From: Candidatus Lightella neohaematopini
GTDB taxonomy: Bacteria > Pseudomonadota > Gammaproteobacteria > Enterobacterales > Enterobacteriaceae
Direction: 5' to 3'
Assembly: GCA_025728475.1 (NCBI GenBank)
Contig: JAOBJN010000003.1
Coordinates: forward strand, 10,784 to 74,783
Length of the DNA: 64,000 nucleotides
Part shown: positions 9,213-21,411 of the stretch, one piece after another
Position numbering within the stretch: the first letter of the stretch is position 1
Layout of the letters: every line of letters starts with the position of its first letter
The notes under the pieces: model-generated
The model's input: the letters and a program-made list of their open reading frames with translations, nothing else
What the model was told of the DNA's origin: nothing
Databases searched by the model: none
Program-made: the position numbers and the translations under genes

Positions 9213-11459
9213 TTAACTAAATGCTTTAATAATGTCACCAATTAATATATTGTTGTAATTTTTTATGACTATACCACAGTCCATACCATTTCGTACTTCA
9301 TTAATATTATCTTTAAATCTTTTTAGTGATTCGATCATACCATTAAATATAACCTTATTATTTCTTAATATGTTAATATTAGCGTATTGCTTAATATTTC
9401 CATTAACAACCATACAGCCAGCAATAGTATAATTTTTAGATATAAATATATTACGAACTTCAGCTACACCTAATAATTTTTTTATTGGTACTTGATTTTG
9501 ATGAATTGTATCATGAATTATTTGTTTTATATCATCAATTAAATTATAAATTATTGAGTAACATTTAATACATACATTATTATTAATGCTAATTTTACGT
9601 ATGTAATTATTAATCTTTATATTAAAACCAATAATTATTGCTTTAAATGAATTAGCTAATAAAATATCATTTTCATTAATATTACCAATACTAGAATTTA
9701 TAATTCTAATTTGTAATGTATCATTTGATAATTTATTTAATGTATTAACAATTACTTCATTAATTCCATAAGTATCAGTTTTTATTAAAAAATTTAATTT
9801 ACTTACTTTTTTATCACTATTATCAAATATATTATTAATATCTAATTCTTTTATATTATTACTAATTTTTAACTCATTTATTTTCCGTTTTCTGTAAGCT
9901 AAAATATTTTTAATATGTTTTTCGTTATTTAAAGAAATTAATGAATCACCAGAATTAGGTAAACTAGATAAACCTAATACTTTAACTGGAGTAGATGGTA
10001 ATGCTTTATTAATACAGTTATTATTATCATCATACATAGCTCTTACACGACCATTGGTTAACCCACATAATATAAAATCACCTACTGTTAGTGTGCCTTC
10101 ATGAATTAAGACAATTACTATTGGTCCACGTTTTTTATCTAAATATGATTCTATTATTGTTCCTTTAGCTGGCCCATTAAATACTGTTTTTAAATTAAGT
10201 AACTCTGTTTGTGTAGATATTGTCTGCATTAAATCATTAATACCAGTACCTAGTTTAGCTGATATATAAACAAATTGATTTTCTCCTCCCCATTCTTTTG
10301 ATATTATGCCATATTTAGCCAAATCACGTTTAATTTTTTCTATATTAGAGTTAGGTTTATCTATTTTATTAATTGCAATAATCATTGGTATTTGACATAA
10401 CTTTGCCTGTTCAATAACTTCAATAGTCTGAGGCATAACACCATCATCTGCTGCTATAATTAATATAATAATATCAGTAACTTTTATTCCTCTAATTCTC
10501 ATATTAGTAAATGAATTATGTCCTGGAGTATCTATAAAAGTAATAGTTTTATTATTTTTGTTTATTTGATAAACTTTAATAGTTTGAGTAATACCCCCAA
10601 TTTCTTGATTAACTAAATTAGTTGATCTAATAAAATCTAACAATGATGTTTTTCCGTGATCAACATGTCCAGCAATAGTAATAATTGGTGATCTAAATTT
10701 AAATATCGGATTTTTATTAGCAGAAATATTAATTAAATCATCTTCTAATTTATTCTTATTACAAAAAACTACTTTATGTCCCATATCTTCTACTATTAAC
10801 TGTATAGCTTCTTGACTAAGAATATCGTTATAATTAACTGTACTTCCTAATTTTGCCATTAAATTAATTATTTTTGACGATTTTACAGAAATTTTACTAG
10901 CTAATTCTGTTACTGTTATGGTTTTATTAATTATTATATTACGACTAATATGTTGTTTAGGTTTATTAAACTTATGTGTTAAAATGGATTGTTGCGTACC
11001 ATATATTTTAATATTATCTAGTTTATTATTTAGTTTTTCATCAGATAATAATTTAGGTTTTATTATAGATTTATTACTTGTAACAGACTTATTTAATAGC
11101 ATGTTAGTACTAACATTATTATACTCTATATCATACTTTTTATTAGAAATAATACTATTTTTATTTTTTGATTTTACATGTTTTCTTTTAGAAATACTAT
11201 TTACATTATTTGTAGAATAAATAGATTTATCTTGATTATCAAAACTAACACTTATTTTTTTAGATAATTGATTATTAGTATATTCGTCATTAATGATATT
11301 ATCATTAGTATATTTATTTTTATTTAAAAATATTTTTTTTTTATAAATACTTGTTTTTTTACGTATCTCAACTTTTATTGACTTATTTTTACCCTTATTG
11401 TCAAGAATATTTAGTGTACTTCTTTTTTTTCTTTGCAAAATTAACTTATTTATTATCAT
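9213..11459 (-). CDS. infB: Translation initiation factor IF-2
   Basis: The 748-aa ORF has the G domain motifs GHVDHGKTS, DTPGH and NKID. The N-terminus KLILQRKKRSTLNI...VEIRKK aligns about 55 residues inside E. coli IF2, so the first N-terminal subdomain appears to be missing. The N-terminal half is N/K-rich and low in complexity. Confidence 0.95.
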   Translation of the reverse strand: MIINKLILQRKKRSTLNILDNKGKNKSIKVEIRKKTSIYKKKIFLNKNKYTNDNIINDEYTNNQLSKKISVSFDNQDKSIYSTNNVNSISKRKHVKSKNKNSIISNKKYDIEYNNVSTNMLLNKSVTSNKSIIKPKLLSDEKLNNKLDNIKIYGTQQSILTHKFNKPKQHISRNIIINKTITVTELASKISVKSSKIINLMAKLGSTVNYNDILSQEAIQLIVEDMGHKVVFCNKNKLEDDLINISANKNPIFKFRSPIITIAGHVDHGKTSLLDFIRSTNLVNQEIGGITQTIKVYQINKNNKTITFIDTPGHNSFTNMRIRGIKVTDIIILIIAADDGVMPQTIEVIEQAKLCQIPMIIAINKIDKPNSNIEKIKRDLAKYGIISKEWGGENQFVYISAKLGTGINDLMQTISTQTELLNLKTVFNGPAKGTIIESYLDKKRGPIVIVLIHEGTLTVGDFILCGLTNGRVRAMYDDNNNCINKALPSTPVKVLGLSSLPNSGDSLISLNNEKHIKNILAYRKRKINELKISNNIKELDINNIFDNSDKKVSKLNFLIKTDTYGINEVIVNTLNKLSNDTLQIRIINSSIGNINENDILLANSFKAIIIGFNIKINNYIRKISINNNVCIKCYSIIYNLIDDIKQIIHDTIHQNQVPIKKLLGVAEVRNIFISKNYTIAGCMVVNGNIKQYANINILRNNKVIFNGMIESLKRFKDNINEVRNGMDCGIVIKNYNNILIGDIIKAFS

Positions 11460-11546
11460 ACATTAATAACCATAATATAGTTAGAATATTTAATTTATCT
11501 TATTTTACTTAAATAAAGTATATTTATCAAAAATATTATATATCTA

Positions 11547-13034
11547 TTAATGTGATTTATTAAACCAACATAAATCACGTGCTGCCATAATTAATTCTCC
11601 TGCTTTTTTATTATCTAATTCTAACTCTTTAATATCTACTAAATCATCAATACTTTGTTCTGCTAATTTTTCTAATGTAGAGATATTACGTGATATTAGT
11701 TTTGTCAATATATTTTCATTTATACCAGGTAATTTTAATAACATATTGGTATGTGATTGATCATAATTTTTATTTTTTAGATTATTATAGTGAATTATGT
11801 TTTTTGCTTTTTCTTGAATTAATAATATTTCATTACGATCTATTGTTTTTATTTCTAATAGTTCATTTTTAGAAATATATGCTAATTCTTCAATGGAAGA
11901 AAAACCATGATCTACCAATATTTTAGCTGTAGATAAACTAATCAATAATTTTTTTGTAAAATTATTTAATACAACTTGTTCTTCAGCCTTATGTTTAGCT
12001 TCTAACATAGCAGAAGTCATAACATTTAATTCCCAACCACTTAATTGAGATGCTAATTTAATATTTTGTCCATTACGACCAATAACTTGTGCTAAATTAC
12101 TTTCTTCCACTGCAATATCCATAGCATGCTTATCTTCATCTACTATAATTGATGATACATCTGCTGATGTTATGGCATTAATAACAAATTGTGCTGGATT
12201 ATCAGCCCATAAAATAATATCAATTCGTTCTCCACCTAATTCATTAGATACAGCTTGTACCCTAGCTCCCCGCATACCTACACAAGCACCAATAGGATCA
12301 ATTCTTTTATCATTAGTTTTAACGGCCATTTTTGCTCTTAGTCCTGGATCTCTAACTACTGCTTTAATTTCAATTATTTCTTCATTAATTTCTGGTACTT
12401 CTATACGAAATAATTCTATTAACATATCTGGTTTTACTCTACTAATAAATAATTGTGCCATTTTATTTTCTGGTTTTACAGCATATAATATACCTTTTAC
12501 TCTATCACCTATACGAAAGTTATCTCTAGGTAACATATCTTCTTTGAGAATTATAGCATCAGCATTATTACCTACATCAATATTTATACCATCTCTATTA
12601 ATTCTTTTAACAATTCCAGTAATTATTTTTCCTTTGCGATTTACAAAATGTTCTAATATTGTTGCTCGTTCTGCTTCACGTACTTTTTGTATTATTACTT
12701 GTTTAGCAATTTGAGTAGTTATTCTGTCAAAATTAACTGACTCAATTTCATCTTCTATATAATCACCAATCTTAACATCTTGCTTATCTAATAAAGCAGC
12801 ATCAATAGTAATTTCTTTTGTTGGCTGAGTAACCTCATAAACAACTAACCAACGTCTAAAAGTACTAAAACTACCAGATCTTCGATCTATACTAACGCGA
12901 ACTTCTATATCATGTGAATACTTTTTCTTTGTTGCTACAGCAATAGCAAGTTCTAACGTTTCAAAAATCTTTTCTCTCGTAACTAATTTTTCATTTGAAA
13001 CTGCTTCTACGACAGCTAAAATTTCTTTGTTCAT
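11547..13034 (-). CDS. nusA: Transcription termination/antitermination factor NusA
   Basis: The 495-aa ORF is full length, with S1 and KH domains and both C-terminal acidic repeats. Its end ([14 protein letters not shown]) matches the E. coli AR2 domain. Confidence 0.96.
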   Translation of the reverse strand: MNKEILAVVEAVSNEKLVTREKIFETLELAIAVATKKKYSHDIEVRVSIDRRSGSFSTFRRWLVVYEVTQPTKEITIDAALLDKQDVKIGDYIEDEIESVNFDRITTQIAKQVIIQKVREAERATILEHFVNRKGKIITGIVKRINRDGINIDVGNNADAIILKEDMLPRDNFRIGDRVKGILYAVKPENKMAQLFISRVKPDMLIELFRIEVPEINEEIIEIKAVVRDPGLRAKMAVKTNDKRIDPIGACVGMRGARVQAVSNELGGERIDIILWADNPAQFVINAITSADVSSIIVDEDKHAMDIAVEESNLAQVIGRNGQNIKLASQLSGWELNVMTSAMLEAKHKAEEQVVLNNFTKKLLISLSTAKILVDHGFSSIEELAYISKNELLEIKTIDRNEILLIQEKAKNIIHYNNLKNKNYDQSHTNMLLKLPGINENILTKLISRNISTLEKLAEQSIDDLVDIKELELDNKKAGELIMAARDLCWFNKSH

Positions 13035-13361
13035 TCTAATTATCTCAAATTAATTACAATATTGTGGATAGTATTAATTCTTAATTTTAAACATAATTAT
13101 GTATTTCTTATTGTTTATAATAAAATTATATCATTATATATTATTTATAGTTTTATTATCTAAAATAGTTATAAATAATACTATTCAATGTAAAAATTAC
13201 AAAATTATTATATCTATTACATTATTAAATAATTTAGATTTAATATCTATTACTTTATTATGTATATCTAAATTTTTTGAATCATAAATAATATAATTTT
13301 TATTTTAAATAAAATAAATTATTACAAAATAATATAAATATTAACAAATTAACTAATAAAA

Positions 13362-13450
13362 TACCGAGGACGGGACTTGAACCCGTAAACCAAAATAATG
13401 TTGGCACTATCACCTCAAGATAGCGTGTTTACCAATTTCACCACCTCGGT
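13362..13450 (-). tRNA. leuU: tRNA-Leu (anticodon GAG)
   Basis: The reverse complement reads accgagg-tg-gtgaaattggtaaacac-g-ctatc/TTGAGGT/gatag. It has a long variable arm and a T-arm acgggTTCAAGTcccgt. It is nearly identical to E. coli leuU and occupies the same position downstream of secG. No CCA is encoded. Confidence 0.9.
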
Positions 13451-13494
13451 AAAAAATAAAAATATTTAATCAAAATAATAAATATGAATGAATA

Positions 13495-13794
13495 TTATTT
13501 ATTAAAGTTTTCTTTTAAACATTTAATATTTTTTGACGATTGCCAAATATTATCTTTATTTTTGATATTTTTAGTTAAATTAGCTAACAATAAACTAAAT
13601 AAAAAAAATAATATTGCTAATATTATAGTTAGTTTAATTATAGTATTTCCAGTATTAATTGAATTAGATAATATATTAGATAAATTATGTGTATTAAATG
13701 TTAATCCAATATCATGTTTTTTATTTTGTAACATTATAACTATAATTAAAACAGTCGATACTAATAGAAACATAATTAGTAATATTTTGTACAT
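13495..13794 (-). CDS. secG: Protein-export membrane protein SecG
   Basis: The 99-aa hydrophobic ORF begins MYKILLIMFLLVS...MLQ. It lies immediately upstream of leuU, as in E. coli. Confidence 0.8.
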   Translation of the reverse strand: MYKILLIMFLLVSTVLIIVIMLQNKKHDIGLTFNTHNLSNILSNSINTGNTIIKLTIILAILFFLFSLLLANLTKNIKNKDNIWQSSKNIKCLKENFNK

Positions 13795-14047
13795 TTTTGT
13801 CTACCCAAAGTATGAAATTAGATAATACAAATTTAAATAAATTAGTTTTAAGTTTTAATCAAAAAATTTTAGATATTTAATATTTATTAATAAATATTAT
13901 ATTTATAATAACTTAATTAATAAACTATAAAATTAGTAAATAGTATAAACTAACTATCTTATATCACTATATAAATCATGTAAACTATAATATAAAATAA
14001 TAATCATTATAATACTGTAAAATAGTTGTCACTAAAATAACAATATT

Positions 14048-14872
14048 CTAATTTTTAATAGTTAAAGTAGATTTAACTATCTTTAAAGCCGCAGCAGTTT
14101 GTGCAACATCATGTACACGAATTATATTTGCCCCGTTAATCACAGCAATTACTGCACAAGCAATGCTACCATATAATGATTTAGTAGTGCCAGTTAGTTT
14201 ACTTATCATAGATTTGTGTGACATACCTACTAATAATGGTAATTTAAATTTACTAAAAATATTTAATTGTGATAATAACATATAATTATGAGATAAATTC
14301 TTACCAAAACCAAAACCAGGATCCAATATTATTCTATTTTTTTTAATACCATATTTTTGATATTTTTTAATCTGATAGTCAAAATATTCACTAATTTCCA
14401 AAATTAAATTAGAATAAAATGGAAAAATTTGCATATTTTTTGGTGTACCTTTTATATGCATAATACAAACTAATAAATTATTATTAGCCATTAATTTTAA
14501 TATTTTTTTATCAAATGGATATATACTATTAATTATATCAACACCAGCTAGTATGCTTTCTTTAATAACTTCAATTTTTGAAGTATTTACAGATATAATA
14601 GTATTAAAACGTTTTTGTAATTCTAATACTACTGGTATTACTCTATCTAGTTCTTCATTTACACTAATATGTTCAGAACCTGGTCTAGTTGATTCACCTC
14701 CAACATCTATTATACTAGCTCCGTCATTAATCATATTAGAAACGTGATTAATAACTTTATTAATAGTGTTATATTTCCCTCCATCAAAAAATGAATCTGG
14801 AGTAATATTCAGTATACCCATAATACAAGGATCAGAAAAATTTAAAATATGATTATTAATAATTAAATTCAT
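14048..14872 (-). CDS. folP: Dihydropteroate synthase
   Basis: The 274-aa ORF contains IMGILNITPDSFFDGG, IIDVGGESTRPG and DPGFGFGK. It lies next to ftsH, as in E. coli. Confidence 0.93.
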   Translation of the reverse strand: MNLIINNHILNFSDPCIMGILNITPDSFFDGGKYNTINKVINHVSNMINDGASIIDVGGESTRPGSEHISVNEELDRVIPVVLELQKRFNTIISVNTSKIEVIKESILAGVDIINSIYPFDKKILKLMANNNLLVCIMHIKGTPKNMQIFPFYSNLILEISEYFDYQIKKYQKYGIKKNRIILDPGFGFGKNLSHNYMLLSQLNIFSKFKLPLLVGMSHKSMISKLTGTTKSLYGSIACAVIAVINGANIIRVHDVAQTAAALKIVKSTLTIKN

Positions 14873-14904
14873 ATATATCTAGTTTAATAAAAATAATTTA
14901 ATAC

Positions 14905-16752
14905 CTAATTATTATTTTCTTTAATATTATCATTCCAATTTGCTGGTGGCCGTACAGTTTTACGTAACATAAGATCATCAATTTGTAATGCATCAATAGT
15001 TTCATATTTTATTAAAGCATCTTTCATTGCATGTAATATATCAATATTATCTAATAATAATTTATATGCTCTATTATAATTATGTTCTATTAATAATTTT
15101 ACTTCCTGATCAATAATGCGTGCCGTTTCATCAGACATATGTTTAATTTTTGCCACTGATCTTCCTAAAAATATTTCTCCTTCTTCTTCAGCATATAGTA
15201 ATGGCCCTAATTTATTTGAAAATCCCCATTGGGTAACCATATTTCTAGCTATGGATGTTGCTATCTTAATATCATTTGCTGCTCCAGTAGATACCATATT
15301 AGCTCCATAAATAATTTCTTCAGCTAATCTACCACCATACAATGTAGAAATTTGACTTTCTAATTTTTGTTTACTAGCGTTAATAGTATCATTTTCTGGT
15401 AAAAAAAATGTTACTCCTAAAGCTCTACCCCTAGGAATAATAGTAACTTTATGTACTGGATCATGTTCTGGTACTAAACGACCAATAATAGCATGTCCAG
15501 CTTCATGATAAGCTGTTGACTCTTTTTGTATTTCTGTCATAACCATTGATCTACGTTCAGAACCCATAATAATTTTATCTTTAGCTTTTTCAAACTCTAA
15601 CATAGATACTACCCTTTTATTTCTTCTAGCTGCAAATAAAGCAGCCTCATTAACTAAATTAGCTAAATCTGCTCCAGAAAAACCAGGAGTACCCCTTGCA
15701 ATAAAAGATACATTAACATCTGAAGATAACGGTACTCTACGCATATGAACGATTAATATTTGCTCCCTACCTCTAATATCTGGTAATCCAACTACTATTT
15801 GTCTATCAAATCTACCAGGACGTAGTAATGCTGGATCTAATACATCAGGTCTATTAGTAGCTGCAATAACTATTATACTATCGTTCCCATCAAAACCATC
15901 CATTTCTACTAGCATTTGATTTAATGTTTGTTCTCTTTCATCATGACCCCCACCAAGACCAGTACCTCTTTGACGTCCAACTGCATCTATTTCATCAATA
16001 AATATAATACATGGTGAAGATTTTTTTGCCTGATCAAACATATCTCTTACTCGAGAAGCTCCAACTCCAACAAACATTTCAACAAAATCAGAACCAGATA
16101 TTGTAAAAAATGGTACTTTAGCCTCACCAGCAATAGCTTTAGCTAACAAAGTTTTACCAGTTCCTGGAGGGCCAACCATTAAAACTCCTTTAGGCATTTT
16201 CCCACCTAACTTTTGAAATCTATTAGGTTCACGCAAATAGTCAACTAATTCACTAACTTCTTCTTTTGCTTCATCACAACCAGCAACATCTGCAAAAGTT
16301 GTTTTTACTTGATCATCAGTTAACATTCTTGCTTTACTTTTTCCAAATGATATTGCTCCTTTTCCACCTCCTTGCATTTGTCTCATAAAAAATATCCATA
16401 CACCAATCAATAATATCATAGGAAACCAAGAAATAAATATAGATGTTAATAAGCTAGGTTCTTCTGGTGGTTCTCCTATAATTTTAATATTTTTGTTTAA
16501 CATAATATCTAGTAATTTGGAATCATTTATTGGGATATAAGTAATATACTGATTACTGTCTTTTTTAATAACAATAATCTCTCTACCATTAATATGTACT
16601 TCTCTAATTTGATCTTGATTTATATCATATATAAAAGTAGAGTAATCAACTCTACGATTATTAGAATCATTAAAACCAAAATTTTGAAATATTGATATTA
16701 ATATAATAGCAACAATCAACCAAATTACTAAATTTTTTATCATATCGTTCAA
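14905..16752 (-). CDS. ftsH: ATP-dependent zinc metalloprotease FtsH
   Basis: The 615-aa ORF has Walker A GPPGTGKT, the SRH region and the zinc motif HEAGHA. It is highly conserved. Confidence 0.98.
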   Translation of the reverse strand: MNDMIKNLVIWLIVAIILISIFQNFGFNDSNNRRVDYSTFIYDINQDQIREVHINGREIIVIKKDSNQYITYIPINDSKLLDIMLNKNIKIIGEPPEEPSLLTSIFISWFPMILLIGVWIFFMRQMQGGGKGAISFGKSKARMLTDDQVKTTFADVAGCDEAKEEVSELVDYLREPNRFQKLGGKMPKGVLMVGPPGTGKTLLAKAIAGEAKVPFFTISGSDFVEMFVGVGASRVRDMFDQAKKSSPCIIFIDEIDAVGRQRGTGLGGGHDEREQTLNQMLVEMDGFDGNDSIIVIAATNRPDVLDPALLRPGRFDRQIVVGLPDIRGREQILIVHMRRVPLSSDVNVSFIARGTPGFSGADLANLVNEAALFAARRNKRVVSMLEFEKAKDKIIMGSERRSMVMTEIQKESTAYHEAGHAIIGRLVPEHDPVHKVTIIPRGRALGVTFFLPENDTINASKQKLESQISTLYGGRLAEEIIYGANMVSTGAANDIKIATSIARNMVTQWGFSNKLGPLLYAEEEGEIFLGRSVAKIKHMSDETARIIDQEVKLLIEHNYNRAYKLLLDNIDILHAMKDALIKYETIDALQIDDLMLRKTVRPPANWNDNIKENNN

Positions 16753-16801
16753 GAAACTAGCCTCATCTAATATTTTTAAAAAATTAGTTTTATTTTATTA
16801 A

Positions 16802-17404
16802 CTAAAACTTATATTTTATCGCTATAATATATACTTCTTTTGATTTTGATTTAGAAGCAATTGGTTTATTAATTTTTACATAAGTAAATAATAAACTAAT
16901 TATTTTCATATATCTATTTATTTCCCTATTATAAAAAATTTTCATAACCAGATTACCATTTTTTGTTAATACCTTTCTACATAATAATATTATTTTAATT
17001 AATAAATTATAAAAATTTTTATTATCTATTAGAGATATACCACTAATGTTTGGTGAAGCGTCAGATAATATTAATTGTATATTATTTTTTCCTATTTCTA
17101 TTAGTTTATAAAATATTTTATCATTACAAAAATTTCCCTGTATAAATTTAACACCATTAATAGGATACATAGATAAAATATCACAAGCAATAATTTTACC
17201 ATTAGGTTTAATTTTATTAATAGCATATTGTGACCAACTACCTGGAGAAGAGCCTAAATCTATTACATTAATATTAGGTTTAAATAAATTATATTTACGA
17301 TTTATTTCATCTAATTTAAACCAAGATCTTGCCCGTAATTTATCTTGTTTTGCTTTTTTAGTAAAAAAATCACTAAAATTAACTTTTAACCAATTATTAA
17401 TCAT
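16802..17404 (-). CDS. rlmE: 23S rRNA (uridine2552-2'-O)-methyltransferase
   Basis: The 200-aa ORF contains RSWFKLDEI and DLGSSPGSWSQY. The K-D-K-E tetrad positions are retained. It lies upstream of ftsH, as in E. coli. Confidence 0.92.
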   Translation of the reverse strand: MINNWLKVNFSDFFTKKAKQDKLRARSWFKLDEINRKYNLFKPNINVIDLGSSPGSWSQYAINKIKPNGKIIACDILSMYPINGVKFIQGNFCNDKIFYKLIEIGKNNIQLILSDASPNISGISLIDNKNFYNLLIKIILLCRKVLTKNGNLVMKIFYNREINRYMKIISLLFTYVKINKPIASKSKSKEVYIIAIKYKF

Positions 17405-17461
17405 ATAATAATAAAATAAAATTTATTAACTACATTATAAATATAAAATTTTATTAAATAA

Positions 17462-17938
17462 TTATAAATATTCTATTTTAATAATTTCATATTTTATTTC
17501 ACCTCTTGGTGTATTTACAATAACTATATCAGATACTTTTTTACTTATAATACTTCTTGCTATAGGTGAATGTATAGAAATTAAGTTATCTTTTATATCA
17601 GCTTCGTCATCTCCAACAATACAGTATTTTTGATTTTCATTAGTTTTAATATTTCTTAAACTAACAGTAGCACCAAAAATAACACAATTATTGTTAATTA
17701 CTTTAGTTACATCAATAATGTGAGCATTAGCTAACTTTAATTCTATTTCATATATTCTTTTTTCACAAAATATTTGTTGTTCTTTTGCTGCGTGATATTC
17801 AGCATTTTCTTTTAAATCACCATGAGATCTAGCATCAGATATTGCCTTAATTATATTAGGTCTACGTACATTTTTTAAATAATTTAATTCATTTTTTAAT
17901 TTAACAACACCATTTATTGTCATAGGAACTTTATTCAC
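17462..17938 (-). CDS. greA: Transcription elongation factor GreA
   Basis: The 158-aa ORF contains the [16 protein letters not shown] acidic tip motif. Confidence 0.95.
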   Translation of the reverse strand: MNKVPMTINGVVKLKNELNYLKNVRRPNIIKAISDARSHGDLKENAEYHAAKEQQIFCEKRIYEIELKLANAHIIDVTKVINNNCVIFGATVSLRNIKTNENQKYCIVGDDEADIKDNLISIHSPIARSIISKKVSDIVIVNTPRGEIKYEIIKIEYL

Positions 17939-18031
17939 AAATAATTCTCCTATACTAATTATATGTAATTATCAATTAATAAGTTATAAAATATTAAATT
18001 AATAAAAAACATGCTAAAATTAATTTATTAA

Positions 18032-19057
<1,026 letters not shown>

Positions 19058-19092
19058 TTATATTATGAATAAATATACAAAACTAATTTAGT

Positions 19093-19350
19093 TTATTTTG
19101 GTACTAAATAAACTAATTTATGTTTATTTTTTCCACCCTTAGTAAAATAAACTTGTCCTTTAGTTAAAGCAAATAAAGTATAATCCTTACCCATACCAAC
19201 ATAATTACCAGGATGAAAAGTAGTACCTCTTTGACGTAGTATAATATTACCTGCTAAAACTATTTGTCCACCAAAACATTTAATACCTAATCTTTTTCCC
19301 GGAGAATCACGACCATTTCTAGTAGAACCACCAGCTTTTTTATGTGCCAT
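19093..19350 (-). CDS. rpmA: 50S ribosomal protein L27
   Basis: The 85-aa ORF begins [22 protein letters not shown]. Confidence 0.97.
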   Translation of the reverse strand: MAHKKAGGSTRNGRDSPGKRLGIKCFGGQIVLAGNIILRQRGTTFHPGNYVGMGKDYTLFALTKGQVYFTKGGKNKHKLVYLVPK

Positions 19351-19394
19351 TATTATTACCTCTTAACTTTAATAAATATTTTATACATTAAATT

Positions 19395-19706
19395 TTAAAA
19401 CAAAATATCAATAATTTTTATTTGTGTAAACCATTGTCTATGACCATAATTTCTACGATAGTGTTTCCTACGAATAAATTTAACAATTTTTATTTTTTTA
19501 TTACGATTATGATTTATTATTTTTGCTACTATAGAAATATCTTTAATATATGGATTACCAAATTTGCAAATATTATTTTTGCAATACATTAAAATATTGT
19601 TTATTTTGATAGTTGTACCAATTAATTTATCAATTTTTTCAATAGTAATAGTATCTCCCTTACTAACTAAGTATTGCTTACTTCCACTACTAAATAATAC
19701 ATACAT
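19395..19706 (-). CDS. rplU: 50S ribosomal protein L21
   Basis: L21 homology starts at the internal Met (MYVLFSSGSKQYLVSKGD), so the start is set at 19706. The ORF track extends to 19742. Confidence 0.92.
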   Translation of the reverse strand: MYVLFSSGSKQYLVSKGDTITIEKIDKLIGTTIKINNILMYCKNNICKFGNPYIKDISIVAKIINHNRNKKIKIVKFIRRKHYRRNYGHRQWFTQIKIIDILF

Positions 19707-19866
19707 AAAAGCTCCAAATTTTAGATAAAATTTATACAACATAATTTAATTATATTACATTATTAATAATTATAAGATATTAATAATGTTTTTTTATAAT
19801 TATTAATATATAATTAAAAGTACTCATTTTTAAATATTATTCATAACATAAATTTAAATTATATTA

Positions 19867-20761
19867 ATGAATTTTAAAAACATTATTAAATTAACTGTTA
19901 AAGATATGAAAGTAGTAAATAACAAAACTACAAAACAATTATATTCTAAAATTAATTTAGTTAATCAAATTGGTAAATACATAACCAATAGTGGTGGAAA
20001 ACAAATTAGACCGATATTAATTATATTAATAGCTTATGCTTTAAAATATAATAATATGAAACATCATATAACTACTGCAGCTATAATTGAATTCATACAC
20101 AATGCAAATTTATTACATGATGATGTTATTAATAAATCAATATTACGTAAAGGAAAAACTAAAACAAATATAATATTTGTTAATGCTGCTAGCATTTTAA
20201 TAGATAATTTTATTTATACTCGTTCATTTAAAATGATGATTACAATAAGTTCATTAAAAGTATTAAAATTAATATCTTATGCTATTAATAATATTGTTGA
20301 AAGTGAAATTATACAATTGATAAACAAAAAATCCTAATTTTTCTATGGAAAGATATATGCGTATAATATATAGAAAAACTACTCGTTTATTTGAAATATC
20401 TTCACAAATTTCAGCAGTGTTGGCTGAAGCAAGCAAATATCAAGAAAAGTTACTACGTTATTATAGAAGATATTTAGGAATTGTATTCCAAATTATGGAT
20501 GATCTAATTAATTATATACCAAATAAAAAAATTATAGAAGAAAAAATAGGAAATGATTTACGTAATGGTAGATTAACCTTGCCATTGTTGCATGTTATGC
20601 ATTATGATAATTCATATCATACTAAACTAATAAAACAAATTTTTAAAAAAAATAATAGTAAACTAATTATAAAAGTTATTAATGCAATAAATCAATGTAA
20701 TTCTATTAATTATATAAAAAATTTAGTTTTAGTAAAAGCAAAAAAGCTATATCATACCTAG
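19867..20761 (+). pseudogene. ispB: Octaprenyl-diphosphate synthase interrupted by a +1 frameshift in an A6 tract (20326-20331)
   Basis: The two ORFs (19867-20337 and 20345-20761) align colinearly to the N- and C-terminal halves of E. coli IspB. Removing one A from the tract gives ...IIQLINKNPNFSMERYMRIIYRKTTRLFE, which matches E. coli LQLMNVNDPDITEENYMRVIYSKTARLFE. Confidence 0.85.
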
Positions 20762-20861
20762 ATTATCTAACACCTTTATATAATAAGCATTAAAAAATTT
20801 AATATACATTATAATAAAATAAGATTATTAAAATTATAATAATTTAGACTAAGGATAATAA

Positions 20862-21410
20862 ATGAACTTTAATAAATTACAAATTAGCAATAATTTTCCT
20901 GAAGAAACATATGTAATTATCGAAATTTCATATAATTCTAATCCTATAAAGTATGAAATTAACAAAAATAATAATTTAATTTTTGTAGATAGATTTATAC
21001 CTAGTCCAATTTTTTATCCATGTAATTATGGATATATTAATAATACTCTATCATTAGATGGAGATCCAATTGATGCATTAGTAATCACTCCATATCCTTT
21101 GAATATTGGTACAATAATATTATGCAGACCAATTGGTTTACTAAAAACAATAGACGAATCAGGTAAAGATATAAAATTAATTATGGTACCTAGTAATAAA
21201 ATTTGTAATGATTATAACAATATTTTTGATATTGATGATGTATCAAAATCCTTAAAATTAAGGATTACTTATTTTTTTGAAAATTATAAAAAATTAGAAT
21301 CAAAAAAATGGACAAAAACTTATGGTTGGGCTAGTAAAGAAGAAGCAAAAAAAGAAATGATAAAAGCTTTGAATAGAGAAATAAAAGCTAAAGATAACGA
21401 TAATAGCTAA
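20862..21410 (+). CDS. ppa: Inorganic pyrophosphatase
   Basis: The 182-aa ORF contains FYPCNYGYINNTLSLDGDPIDALV, and all the catalytic Asp, Glu and Lys positions I checked are present. An AAGGA Shine-Dalgarno sequence lies upstream. Confidence 0.96.
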   Translation: MNFNKLQISNNFPEETYVIIEISYNSNPIKYEINKNNNLIFVDRFIPSPIFYPCNYGYINNTLSLDGDPIDALVITPYPLNIGTIILCRPIGLLKTIDESGKDIKLIMVPSNKICNDYNNIFDIDDVSKSLKLRITYFFENYKKLESKKWTKTYGWASKEEAKKEMIKALNREIKAKDNDNS

Positions 21411-21411
21411 A

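Noticed and set aside
9194-9241. An apparent 29-nt overlap of rbfA with infB. A similar 13-nt overlap occurs between ispE and lolB (59883-59895), and there are N-terminal extensions on deoB, rplU, rpsF, gapA, ribA, yciC and prs.
   Set aside because: In each case homology to the E. coli protein begins at an internal Met. The upstream extensions come from reading the ORF from its first possible start codon in stop-poor sequence.
12172-12714. A 180-aa ORF on the plus strand inside nusA. Similar ORFs lie opposite real genes at 1681-1872, 1976-2197, 2633-2926, 5106-5288, 10918-11220, 11690-11872, 14553-14747, 15116-15310, 56434-56655 and 58941-59126.
   Set aside because: All lie antisense to, or out of frame within, strongly conserved genes. 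They occur where local GC is higher, so stop codons are rarer. Their translations are low-complexity Ser/Leu/Ile-rich strings with no recognisable motifs. They are classic shadow ORFs.
13063-13071. A DnaA-box-like sequence, TGTGGATAG, just upstream of nusA.
   Set aside because: It is a single 8-of-9 match. About one such match is expected by chance in a window of this size and composition. There is no cluster of boxes, no adjacent DUE-like organisation and no oriC-flanking genes.
13099-13287. A 62-aa ORF in the nusA-leuU spacer.
   Set aside because: It is an Ile/Leu/Asn-rich low-complexity sequence with no Shine-Dalgarno sequence. It runs opposite to all neighbouring genes and has no similarity to RimP.
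13484-13825. A 113-aa plus-strand ORF overlapping secG.
   Set aside because: It is antisense to the secG frame, which is supported by synteny with leuU and by its membrane-protein character. The ORF has no motifs.
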